Assembly (NCBI RefSeq): GCF_964213995.1
Contig: NW_027590818.1
Span: forward strand, 124,001 to 166,000
Length of the DNA stretch: 42,000 nt
Reading direction: 5' to 3'
Source: Mustelus asterias
Taxonomy: Eukaryota
A program made the position numbers and the translations under genes. Shown piece after piece: positions 9,446 to 20,438 of this stretch. Every line of letters starts with the position of its first letter. Position 1 is the stretch's first letter. The notes under the pieces are model-generated. The model did not search any database. It was not told the origin of the DNA and saw nothing but the letters and a program-made list of their open reading frames with translations.

Positions 9446-10353
9446 TTATTTCAATCGTTTAAATATCAGACAGAATGGGTATGTCAGCCAAATCTTTAAC
9501 TCCTCCCTTACTTTACTCTGGGTGCCTGCGTAAATGAATGGGTTAATGCAGGAACTCAACAGCTGAAGCATATACCCACCTTCGTCCAGAATAAAATTCG
9601 ATTGATTGTAATTGGTGCCCGAGAAATAGCTAACGTTCGCAATTTGGACACAGAGAAAAGTTGTAATTACTAACGAATATAACAAGATGAAACTTCCAGA
9701 GACACAGAAGAGTAAAACAATCGACTTTCGCCTCTTCTCCACTTCAGGGTCTCTCTGATTCTCTGCATTGCTTTGATCCAAGAGTCTGCTCCGGGCTCTG
9801 TTGGCTATAACGATGTGCCTTACGGTCAGTGCATTAAACAGTAAAATCAAAATGAATGGAAGACAAGGATTTAAGATGACGAAAATCCAGTCAAATGAGA
9901 CCCAAGCAGCTGTTGTGTAATATGTTGTTTTTAAGTTGCAGTACCATGGTGTCTCATCGATGAAAAATGCAGGCTCATAGATAAAGTACAGCGGGATATT
10001 TCTTACACTGTTCAGAGCGCAGGCAGTTCCAATAACCACAGCTGCTGTTTTTTCTGTGCAAAATTTGGTTTTCAGTTTCTGACAACAAATCGCAACAAAT
10101 CGATCAAAGGTGAACGCGACGGTGACCCAGACAGATGAATCCCTGACCCCATAAATCAGCATAAGACTAACACGACAGACCGGAGTGATGGACAGGAAAC
10201 TGAATTGGAAATAAATACCTATAATCCGGTTAACTATTACAGCAGTGATGATTACGAGGAGATCCGTTACAGCCATGAATACCAGGTAATAAGTGATACA
10301 TTTGGAAAGGCCACATCTTCCTCGAGGTAGGATCACAATCACTGCCAAATTAG
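9446..10353 (-). CDS. GPR139/GPR142-like class A GPCR, gene 1, exon 2 (spliced protein 325 aa)
   Basis: Acceptor TTTTTCCTGTCACAG then phase-1 (A)NLAVIVIL; open through TM7 with MAVTDLL, TPVC, FTFDRFVAIC, WYC, SSCINPFIY. Confidence 0.92.
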
Positions 10354-10929
10354 CTGTGACAGGAAAAACAGCATGTGAATAATGCTAGAAAATAAGGACA
10401 GAACATAAAATATTGCAATGACTCAGAAGTCGGGAAATCATTGCAGAGAGAGCAGTTTTAGCATATCAGGTGGATTACCTGCCTCGTAACTGGAGGAAAT
10501 AAAACCACTCAATGCACACAGCTGCTGGCATGTTGCTGCAATATTAGGAAGATTTTTGTTTCTCTCATATGGCGGACACTGAACTTGGTACTTTGCAGAT
10601 CATTGGCAGGAAATACAATTAATTATCATCTGTCTCAAATTGTAGAGAAGAACAAAGATAAGAAGAGTCATTGCGAATCATTGCGAATTCGAATGGGCTC
10701 TAATACTATATTGACCAAGGAATTGGGCAGAAAGACAATATATGACATTGAGTGTTAAAGAAGGGAAATGTTTCACACAAAATAAAAACAGAAAGAAACG
10801 ATGACTGAAATATAAACGACCCATTTGCTTGGGAAGAGCTCGACTCCTGATTGATAATGATCACAAACTAATATATCAATAATTTGCATAAACCAATAAA
10901 GAAACTCAACATGTAAATATCTCATTGCA

Positions 10930-11062
10930 GGTCAGTCAGCAGTACCCTCGCTTCAGACCTGGAAGGTTCTAGTTTCATGTGCTCTTCCAGGGCTCGAGCA
11001 ATATAAGATTGTTGCACTTCCAAGGCTGCCATATTTGAGCCATGATAATTAAGCCAGAAGCC
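10930..11062 (+). mobile_element. Decayed tRNA-derived SINE (SacSINE1/DeuSINE-like)
   Basis: Degenerate head GTACCCTCGCTTCAGA...GAAGGTT...TCCAGGGCTCGAGCA; recognised from recall of the family. Confidence 0.4.
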
Positions 11063-11724
11063 AATGAATAAAATAGTCATGGACAATTTCAGCTATTTGG
11101 CAGAAAGCTTCCACATTCAAGCGCTGGGACCAAGGTGCGCGATGGTAACATTGAGCAGCTGTGTCAATAACAGAATGGTGCTAAACCAGGTGCAACAACG
11201 CCCACATAGCAACAATGACAAGTATGCAATTGAAACTCAATTAAACTTCAATGACAACCAATAGTTCACCGAGAGAAATTCTGTCGCCAGTATAAAAGAA
11301 TTATCTTTATACCTTGAGCTGGAAGTAATAAATAGAAGAAATACACAATTGCAAGGATACAATGATACTCATCATGGGACGATAGTATAACAGCACGTTA
11401 AGCAACCTTTGTGGTTCAGTGAAGAAATTACACCATAAAAGTGGAGAAAAGTCACTAATAATGTAGTGTAATTGTGTCAATAAAAGGGATAAGTTATGTT
11501 GTTGTTCAGAGCGTGAAAACGATTGAAGTGGGAAAATGATACTATCTCAGCTGCATTGAGTGTCCCATTAAAAGCCAAATATTGCCCGATTAATGAGGGA
11601 AAAGAATATACCTGCTGTCTAGAAGCAGTTCTTATATATGACAGAAGTGATAGAGTAACGTCAGATATGAGAGAAAATATTAGACAATTATATTCACAAT
11701 GAATAAGTAGTAAAATTACTGTAC

Positions 11725-11794
11725 CTGGAAACCCAACAGCTGCAAGGATAGGATAGTAAATTGCAAACAGCAGACCTTTTGGTATTCCATGCAT
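11725..11794 (-). CDS. GPR139/GPR142-like GPCR gene 1, exon 1
   Basis: 70 nt, MHGIPKGLLFAIYYPILAAVGFP + G, donor GTACAG; same length and phase as exon 1 of gene 2. Confidence 0.9.
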
Positions 11795-11844
11795 TTCAAG
11801 CACAAACTGAGAATTTGTTTTGCACAACCCCGAAAGATTGTCAC

Positions 11845-11906
11845 ATTTATACCAGATCTCAGTCTCAGCGGACATAATTACATGGTTTGATGTTGCACAT
11901 TAATTG
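11845..11906 (-). promoter_or_regulatory. Proximal promoter of GPCR gene 1
   Basis: CAATTAA...TAATTA-TG-TCCGCTGAGA...TATAAAT 57 nt before the ATG; aligns with 29380-29440. Confidence 0.6.
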
Positions 11907-12358
11907 CACATGTTCGTTTAATATCCAACATCACCCTATGATGCTGCCGAAATTGCTGGTGTTTTCCTTTTAATTTAATAGACATTTTATTGAAAAGTTC
12001 ATCCAGCAGTTGCCAGGTAGAGTAAACAACTAGATAAAACTCCACTTCAAAAATAAAGTTATACGAGCAATGTGGAACGTTTTTTGTCGAAACAACTCTG
12101 ATGTGGAACCAACATATTGTACTGTATGATTGCTAGGTGATAACGTATAGCCCAACAGGCCGTTGCAAAAGTGAAATAGAGAGTTATGCATAAGGAGTCC
12201 ATCAAGGGTAACTCAAACCAATTCAGCTGAAGGTATAACTGACCAGAAGTCCGAAAGGCAGATGTAACCAAGTTCGAGATCCCGATCATTATTGACAGAG
12301 CGTAATCACCGATCAAACTGCAATGTGGGCCCAGATCTATCTGAAACCTCGACCCGGA

Positions 12359-14120
12359 ATCACAGAACAACAGAATAATACAGTGCAGAAAAGACCCTTC
12401 CGCCCATCGAGTGTGTACAGACGCATGAAAGGCCCTGACCTGCCCATCTAATTCCAATTGCAAGCACTTAGCACATAGCCTTGTATGCTATGGAGTGCCA
12501 TGTCCACATGCAAATATTTTGTTTTGAAGGATGTGAGGCTTCCAGCCTCTACCAACCTCCCAGGCCGTGCATTCCAGACCGTCATCACGCCCTGGGTAAA
12601 AATAAATGGTCCTCAAATTCCCCCTTCACCTCCCACCTCACTTTTAATTTGCGTCCTCTCGTAACTAACCCTTCAACAAAGGGGGACAGCAGCCTTCTAT
12701 CCACCTCGTCCATGTCCCTCATAATTATGAACAACTCAATCAGGTCGCCCTTCAGTCTTCTCTGCTGCAGAGAGAAAAACTCAAAGCCTGTCCAACTTCT
12801 CTTTATAACTTAAATGCTCCATCACAGGCAACATCCTCGTGAATCTCCTCTGCACCCTTTCCATTGCGATCACATCCGTCCTATAAGGTGGCGACCAGAA
12901 CTGCACAAAGTACTCCAGCTGCGGTCTCCCCAAAGTTCTATACAACTCCATCATGACCTCTCCACTTTTGTAATTTATACCGCGATTGATCAAGGCGAGG
13001 GTGCCACATGCCTTTTTCATCACCCTATGAACCTGCCTTTCCGCCATCAGAAATCTACGGAAAAATACGCAAGGCCGCTTTCTCTTCGGAACTTCCCAGT
13101 GTCAGATCTTTCATAGGACACTTCCCTGTCAAATTACTCCTTCCGAAGTGTATCACCTCACACCTTTCAGGGTTAAATTCCAACTGCCACTAATCAGCGC
13201 ATTTGGCCATCTCGTCTATATCTTACTGTCCCCCAGACACTCAACCTCACTGCTAACCACCCGGCCAATCATTGTGTCATCAGCAAACTTACTGATTTTA
13301 TCCCCCATATATCAATCTATGTCATTTATATCAATGACGAACGATTGGGGGGCCAACACGGACCCCTGTGGTACGTCACTGTTCACTGGCCTCCCCACAC
13401 TAAAGCAGTCGTCTGTCATCACCCTCTGTCTCCTATCGCTAACCCATTATGAATCCACCTTATCAGATCACTGTGTATCCCGTGTGCACTCTTAATAAGT
13501 TACCTATGTCGGAGTTTGGCAAAGGCTTTGCTGAAATGCATGTAAGCTACATCAACGACGCTATCCTTAACACTTGTTTACATGCTCAAACAATTCAATC
13601 ACATTTGTTAGGCATGACCTCGCTCTGACAAAACCATGCTGACTATCTCTAATCGTACGTTACCTCTACAAATGGAGATGGATGATCTCGTTCAAAATCT
13701 TTTCCAGCAGTTTCCGAACCACAGACGTAAGATTCATTGGTCTGTCGTTCCCCCATGCTCGCCTTTCTTTTTAAATAGTGGGACCACATTAGCTCTTCTC
13801 CAGTCCACTGAGACCTCTCCGGTGGCCAGCGGGCAATTTCCTGCGTCGCCTCCCACAACAGCATGGGTCACAATTCATATGGACCTGTTGACTTGTCCAC
13901 TTTTAGCCCGCCAATTCCTTCCATACCTTGTCACTCCATATGATAATTTGCTCCAGAACCTCACAGTCTCTCTCCCCGAGTTTCATAACTACCTCTTCAT
14001 TCTCGTGGGTGAAGACCGATGTGAAATATTCGTTTAACATCCAACAACTGGCCTCTGCCTCCACCAACGGATTTTCCCATTTATCCTTAACAGGCCGTAT
14101 TCTTTGCCTGGGTACCCTGA
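12359..14120 (-). mobile_element. CR1 LINE, older and frameshifted
   Basis: RPQLEYFVQFWSP and LNEYFTSVFT remnants; 3' UTR at the left end. Confidence 0.9.
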
Positions 14121-15413
14121 GCAATTCTGCCCCTTTAAAATTCTGCGATAAAATTTCACTTAGAAATTTTAGAGAATGGAAACTTTGTTATGTTCCTGTC
14201 TCACTTTGTATATTCCAAACTCATATGTTGCAAAGCAGAGAAATGCATCTTGCTATTCATTCAGTGCTTCTGATTTTGAAAATATTCTGGACAATACAGC
14301 GATTCACAGGATATATAATGATCCACACACACTCCAAATGAACTTATTATAAGAAGCACAGAGAAAGCCGGACCTGAAAGTGCAGGAGAAATTGTTCACT
14401 TCATATCTTAATTAGCTGAATTTAGGAATTCAAACCCTGATTTGCATCCCACCTTTAATATAATGTTCACGTTCAATTGCAGTTTAGACATAGAAACATA
14501 GAAAAACTACAGCACAAATAGGCCCTTCGGCCTCACAAGTTGTGCCGAACATATCCCTACCTTCTCGGCCTACCTATAACCCTCCATCCTATTAAGTCCC
14601 ATGTAATCATCCAGGAGTGTCTTAAAAGTCCCTATTGAGTTTGCCACCACCACCACTGATGGCAGCCGATTCCACTCGCCCACCACCCTCTGTGTGAAAA
14701 ACGTCCCCCTAATATTTCCCCTGTACCTACCCCCCAGCACCTTAAACCTATGTCGTCTCGTAGCAGCCATTTCCACCCTTGGGAAAAAGCCTCTGAGAGT
14801 CCACCCGATCTATGCCTCTCAACATCTTATATACCTCTATTCGGTCTCCTCTCATCCTACGTCTCTCAAAGGAGAAAAGAAGGAGCTCCCTCAGCCTATC
14901 CTCATAAGGCATGCCACTCAATCAAGGCAACATCCTTGTAAATCTCCTCTCCACCCTTTCAATCATTTCCACATCCTTCCTGTAATGAGGCGACCAGAAC
15001 TGAGCACAGTACTCTAAGTGGGGTCTGACGAGGGTCTTATATAGCTGCATTATTATCCCCGGACTCGTAAACTCAATCCCTCGATTGATAAAGGCCAGCA
15101 CACCATACGCCTTCTTAACCACCTCCTCCACCTGCGGGGCCGATTTTAGAGTCCTATGGACCCGGACCCCAAGTCCTTCTGATCCTCTACAGACCACAAC
15201 GCATTGATCTGGGTTGAAGTCCATCTGCCACTTCTCCGCCCAGTCTTGCATCCTTTCTATGTCCCTCTGTAACTTCCCTCATCTCCCTCATCCAAGTCAT
15301 TTATGAAAATGACAAACAGCAACGGCCCCAGAACAGATCCCTGGGGCACACCATTGGTGACCGACCTCCATTTAGAAAAAGACCCATACACACTCTCTGG
15401 CTCCTTTGGGCAG

Positions 15414-15782
15414 TCATGATGTGGAGATGCCGGCGTTGGACTGGGGTAAGCACAGTAAGAAGTTTCACAACACCAGGTTAAAGTCCAACAGGTTTATTTG
15501 GTAGCAAATACCAAAAGCTTTCGGAGCAGAGCTCCTTCGTCAGATGGAGTGGTTATCTGTTCTCAAACAGTACACAGACACAGAAATCAAATTACAGAAT
15601 ACTGATTAGAATTACTGATTGCATTCTAATCAGTATTCTGTAATTTGATTTCTGTGTCTGTGTACTGTTTGAGAACAGATATCCACTCCATCTGACGAAG
15701 GAGCTCTGCTCCGAAAGCTTATGGTATTTGCTACCAAATAAACCTGTTGGACGTTAACCTGGTGTTGTGAGACTTCTTACTG
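15414..15782. mobile_element. Penelope-like fold-back element (family B), young copy
   Basis: ~161-bp inverted arms (15452-15612 / 15623-15783, about 4 mismatches, 10-nt loop); 12-bp TSD TCCTTTGGGCAG at 15402-15413 and 15783-15794; AATAAA in each arm. Confidence 0.85.
15688..15724 (+). ncRNA. Minimal type I hammerhead ribozyme motif
   Basis: CCAT-CTGACGA-A-GGAGC-TCT-GCTCC-GAAA-GC-TT-ATGG: stem I CCAU/AUGG, intact core, 5-bp stem II, palindromic AGCU in place of stem III. Confidence 0.75.
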
Positions 15783-17619
15783 TCCTTTGGGCAGGCCAGT
15801 TCTGGCTCCACAGGGCAGCAGCACCTTGGATTCCATGCCCTCTCACTTTTGCTAGAAGCCTTGCATGGGGGACCTTATCGAACGCCTTGCTAAAATCCAT
15901 ATAAACCACATCTACCGCTTTCCCTTCGTTAATGTGTTTAGTCACGTTTTTGAAGAACTCCACCAGGCTCGTAAGGCAAGATCTGCCTTTGACAAAGCCG
16001 TGCTGAGTATTCTTGAGCATACTAAACCTCTCTAAATGCTCATAAATCCCGTCCCTCAGCATCTTCTCCATCAGCTTACCAGCCACTGAGGTTAGACTCA
16101 CCGGTCGGTAATTTCCTGGGCTATCCCTATTCCCCTTCTTGAAAATAGGAACCACATCCGCAATCCTCCAGTCCTCCGGCACCTCTCCCATCTCCATTGA
16201 TGACGCAAAGATCATCGCCTGAGGCTCTGCGATCTCTTCCCTCGCCTCCCACAGTAACCTGGGGTACATCCCATCCAGACCCGGCGACTTATCTATCTTG
16301 ATGCCATTCAAAGATTCCAGCACAACCTCTTTCTTAAAGTCCACATACTCAATCTTTTCAGTCCACCGCAAGACCACAGTACATCCACCCAGGTCCTTTT
16401 TCTCTGTGAAAACCGAGGCAAAATACTCATTAAGCACCTCTGCCATTTCTACTGGTTCTGTACAGACTTTCCAACCTTCAACGTTTATCGGCCCTATTCC
16501 TTCACGTCTCATCCTTTTTCCTTTCACATATTTATAGAACGCCTTAGGGTTCTCCTTAATCCTACCTGCCAAGGCATTCTCGTGATCCCTTCTGGCTCTC
16601 CTAATTTCCTTCTTTAGTCCCTTCCTACAAGCCGTATACTCATCTAGATCCCTATCTTCGCCAAGCTCTCTGAACCTTTTGTACGCTTTCCTTTTCTTTG
16701 CGACTAGGTCCCGCACAGCTTTCGTGCAACACGGTTCCTTTAACCTACCAACACCTCCCTGTCTGCTCGGAACATTGTCCTGTAGAACTCGAGACGGACA
16801 TTCCTTGAAAAACTGCCACCTCTCTTCACTACATTCCCCGGGAATACCTCCTTCCAATTTACTCCTCTAATTTGCGGCCTTATGTCTTCATATTTCCCCT
16901 TACACCATATAAACGCTTTCTGAGCTAGCCTGATCCTCTCTTTTTCCAATGCAAGCACAAAGGTGATAGAGTTATGATCGCTATCCCCAAGATACTCTCC
17001 CACTGAGAGATTTGACACCTGTCCAGGTTCATTGGTCAGTATCAGATCAAGTACAGCCTCTCCTCTTGTAGGCTTCTCCACATGCTGTGTTAGGAAACCC
17101 TCCTGAACACACCTAACGTACTCCTCCCCATCCAATCCCCTTGCCCTAGGGATATTCCAATCTATGTTTGGGAAATCAAAGTCTCCCATCACAACAACTC
17201 TGCTATTACTGCATCTCTCCACGAGCTGTTTCCCGATCTGCTCCTCCACCTCCCTGTTACTATTGGGCGGCCTGTAGAAAACTCCCAGCAAAGTGATCGA
17301 CCCCTTCCCATTCCGAACTTCCACCCACAGAGACTCTGTAGACAATCTCTCCACAGCATACACCTTCTCTACAGCTGTGATTCCCGCCTTAGTCAATGCG
17401 CAACCGTTATCCTACCAGTGGCTGCTGCAAAGTAACTTCGTCAGGTGGTTACTTCGAATTGCTTTCTTCCTCAGAAGCGACTGTCCGAGCTCTTTAGAAC
17501 AATGTTGGTCTAAATAAAGGGTGATTATACTGTTGCAAAAAATGTATGAAGCGTCAACTTCGCTGCAAAAGAATGTTGTAATTCGAGAAGTTCCGTTTCC
17601 ATTCGTTCATACAATGTGA

Positions 17620-17842
17620 AAATCGCTGGCAAGGCCAGAATTTGCTGCCCATCCCTAATTACGCTTGTCAGAAAGTAACAACCCAGCACATTGTGATGGC
17701 TCAGGAGTCACTGGCGAACAGATTATTGCGGATGGCAGATTTCCTTCGCTAAGTGAGATTAGTGAGACTCGTGCGTTTTTATAACAACGAATGATAATTT
17801 CATAATTACCATCCCTGCGACCAACTTTCAATTCCAGATTTT
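17620..17842 (-). mobile_element. Decayed SINE sharing its tail with the old LINE family at 905/2327
   Basis: TCGCTGGCAAGGCCAG...GCCCATCCCTAATT...GGATGGCAGATTTCCTTC...TTTCAATTCCAGATTT. Confidence 0.5.
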
Positions 17843-17899
17843 AGTACCATGTGTCGATAAATGAGAAAACTGTGTAATAAACTTGGAATGTTTAACATT

Positions 17900-18720
17900 G
17901 GAAATTTGGACAGAGGAGGCAGCTAAAGTGGGAAAGGGATTCAGTTCTCACAATGTGTGCAGGATAACGTTCTAACTCACTTAAAAATGACATCCCAGGA
18001 AGTGAAAATCAACTATTGGATGTTATGATGGAGAATTAACCCGTGTGAATAAATGAGTAAGAGTAGGAGGGAAATAAGAAGACAATACTCACCATAAAAT
18101 ATTAAACTTAAACTTCCAGGGAGCTACATTCAGGGACAGATTGCAGCTCGGGACGGGAGACTGGAATGGCGGCGATTACATTAAATAAAATCCTGCGCCA
18201 GCATTCGACAATGCAATCGGTTAAATTTGCTCATAACTAAAAAGAAACTTGCACAATAAAATGACCCATCGAAAATGCAGAATGTGCTATAGGTATGAGC
18301 GAGATGGGACACCAAATGTACTGGGGTGGAAACTTCAAATAAGTAAGCGTACTTTAAGCATATCCGGAACAGTTGATAAGCAGTATTGGGCTGTATTTGT
18401 GAAGGAAAAGTGAACAACAAATGAAAAAAAATCAGAGAAAAATAAATTGGTGTCGATGATAATGAAATAATATTTAACAAAGTGTACGTGAAAATAGATA
18501 ACTCTTTAAAGCAATGAATGACAATGTAATGCAGCAATGAGCGGGAAACAAGCACATTTATTAGCAGGAAGATGAATATCAATGCAAGTAGTAAATTCAC
18601 ATTCGTCGGGCCAGATATTCCTGTCAGTACGACTGGCAGATTTATTAATGACACTGTTTTTCTCACTCTTTCCTGTCTGACGAAGAACTGAATTAAATTT
18701 GCGCGAAAAACTCCTCAAAT
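17900..18720 (+). mobile_element. Heavily decayed CR1 ORF2 fragment (endonuclease region)
   Basis: Remnants resembling CVQDNFL, LDLV and DH motifs in purine-rich sequence. Confidence 0.5.
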
Positions 18721-18754
18721 CTGTTCCCCAGGTTTGTGGTTGAAGTGAGAGAAT

Positions 18755-18771
18755 GCTACCACCTGCTGGCG
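18755..18771 (-). promoter_or_regulatory. Possible CTCF site
   Basis: Reverse complement CGCCAGCAGGTGGTAGC; motif match only. Confidence 0.35.
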
Positions 18772-19609
18772 GCTCACAGATATTGCAGGATCGAGCCTTT
18801 TTGAGTTTCAGAGAAGTTCAGTGACTCCATGGTTGCTTCTGCGAAGCGGTTCCTGAAATTTGAATACTGAAATGCATCGTTAGGGATGGATGTTTTCAGC
18901 AGGAGCTCGTCTGCTGCGTTCCAGTGTTTTGTCGCAGTCCATTGTGACGTGAATAATTTCAGGAGGATGTCCCGAATATACTCCCCTAATCTCAATAAAT
19001 TGACCACCAGGAGCCCCTGGCTCCAATGCTTTCCAGTGAATCATCAAAACCAACATTCGCAACTTCCACTTCTTAGCTGTAACCCTTCCCAAACATTTTG
19101 ATCTATTTTACTCAGAGTTTGTTCTTGCATTTAATATTTTCTTGCATTGTGACCTCATTTTCAAATCAGATCCACTTCAACATCCAACACATCGACTTCC
19201 TTCTTTTGAGAAAATGAGAAATTCGCGAGAAATCAGTCAATGTCCAAGGGGGTGTCTCCATACTGCGCAGCTTGCTGATGGCTGAGGAGGCTAATCCTCG
19301 GATGCCGATTCTGACACAAGTGCTGGAATGAAGCTGCCTGGTGTGTTTGTGGGTTAATGCTTTTTCCTTGGCATCTCTTTGCAAACCGCTATAACCACTG
19401 CCAATCTTGGTGATGCACTGCACCCAAATGGAAGTGTCGCCATTCTGTCTGGGGTCAGTAAGTGTAATTCCGGTACGAAAATCGATACCGTGGATATCTG
19501 TATCACACTTACAGGCATGAAAAAGCAAGAACTATGAGCTGTTATGTCTGATCTTATCTCGGCATAAACAACATTTTCCGACGCGCTCAATCTCGTCATT
19601 TCAACCCTT

Positions 19610-20020
19610 GCTAATTAAAAATCTCTCTATCATCTCTCATCATCTCTGTTTTAAATCGCCAACTCCTTATTCTGAAGCTATGACCTTTCGTTCTACATTG
19701 TCCGACAAGATGAAACATCCTCTCTAAATCTATTTTGTCAATCCCCATTTTCACCTCGTAGACCCTAGTTAGATCTCCTTGCATTCTCTTAAATTCCAAG
19801 GACTACAGGCTTAAACTTACAAATCAGCCTTCAGGAGACAATGCGCTCAACTGTGGAATCAATCTGGCAAACCAGCTCTGAATGACCTCAATTTAACTAC
19901 ATCCCTCTTCAATTGAGGGGATTAATACTGTACGCTATATTCTAACTGTGGTCTCACTAATGCTTTGTCCAATATCAGCAATCCTTCATAACTTTTATAT
20001 TCTATTTCGATAGCAATGAA
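19610..20020 (-). mobile_element. Decayed CR1 3' ORF2 fragment
   Basis: EFKRMQGDL...TKGHSFRIR; RPQLEY remnant. Confidence 0.8.
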
Positions 20021-20438
20021 TCTCACAACTGCTTGAAATTAAGGCCTGAAAATCTTGCCGACGAAATATTAGAATACTTTTCAAATGATGCACGGTAGGC
20101 CGAAGGGGCAGTAATTTGGAGAACAGGATTTGTCTTTTTTTTCTCGTGGACAGGACATACTTGGAATATTTTCCACATTTTCTTTTGTGTCAGGAATGGA
20201 ATTGCTGGTACATTTGTATGGCTACTTGGAGACAACGGTCTGCATTATCGCTGCCCAGATGCAGCCACGTCCCATAGTCGCTTCTGTACACAGAGCCATC
20301 AACCGTTTGTTGATAGCACGTGGACCAAATAATATTCGCAGAAGTTTGAAACTAATGATGCTGCAATCCGCGGGAGTCGGAACAGAGAAAATCTCGAGTA
20401 TCCAATGCAGTATAAAACAGTGAGAAATTGCAAATTGC

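Larger units (their letters stand above)
14487..17387 (-). mobile_element. CR1 LINE ORF2 (APE endonuclease + RT), internally deleted and interrupted at 15414-15782
   Basis: GVFYRPP, MGDF, SDHN endonuclease motifs; KSPG, NYRPVSLTS, YMDFSKAFDKV RT motifs; (CTATGTTT)n tail. Confidence 0.95.

Noticed and set aside
11795-11875. In-frame N-terminal extension of GPCR gene 1 from the ATG at 11875
   Set aside because: It lies upstream of the shared TATA, and the corresponding upstream ATG in gene 2 is out of frame.
19512-19599. MTRLSASENVVYAEIR, an ITIM-like start followed by a GTAAGT donor, as in type II lectin receptors
   Set aside because: No transmembrane or lectin-domain exon found downstream; the motif is short enough to occur by chance.
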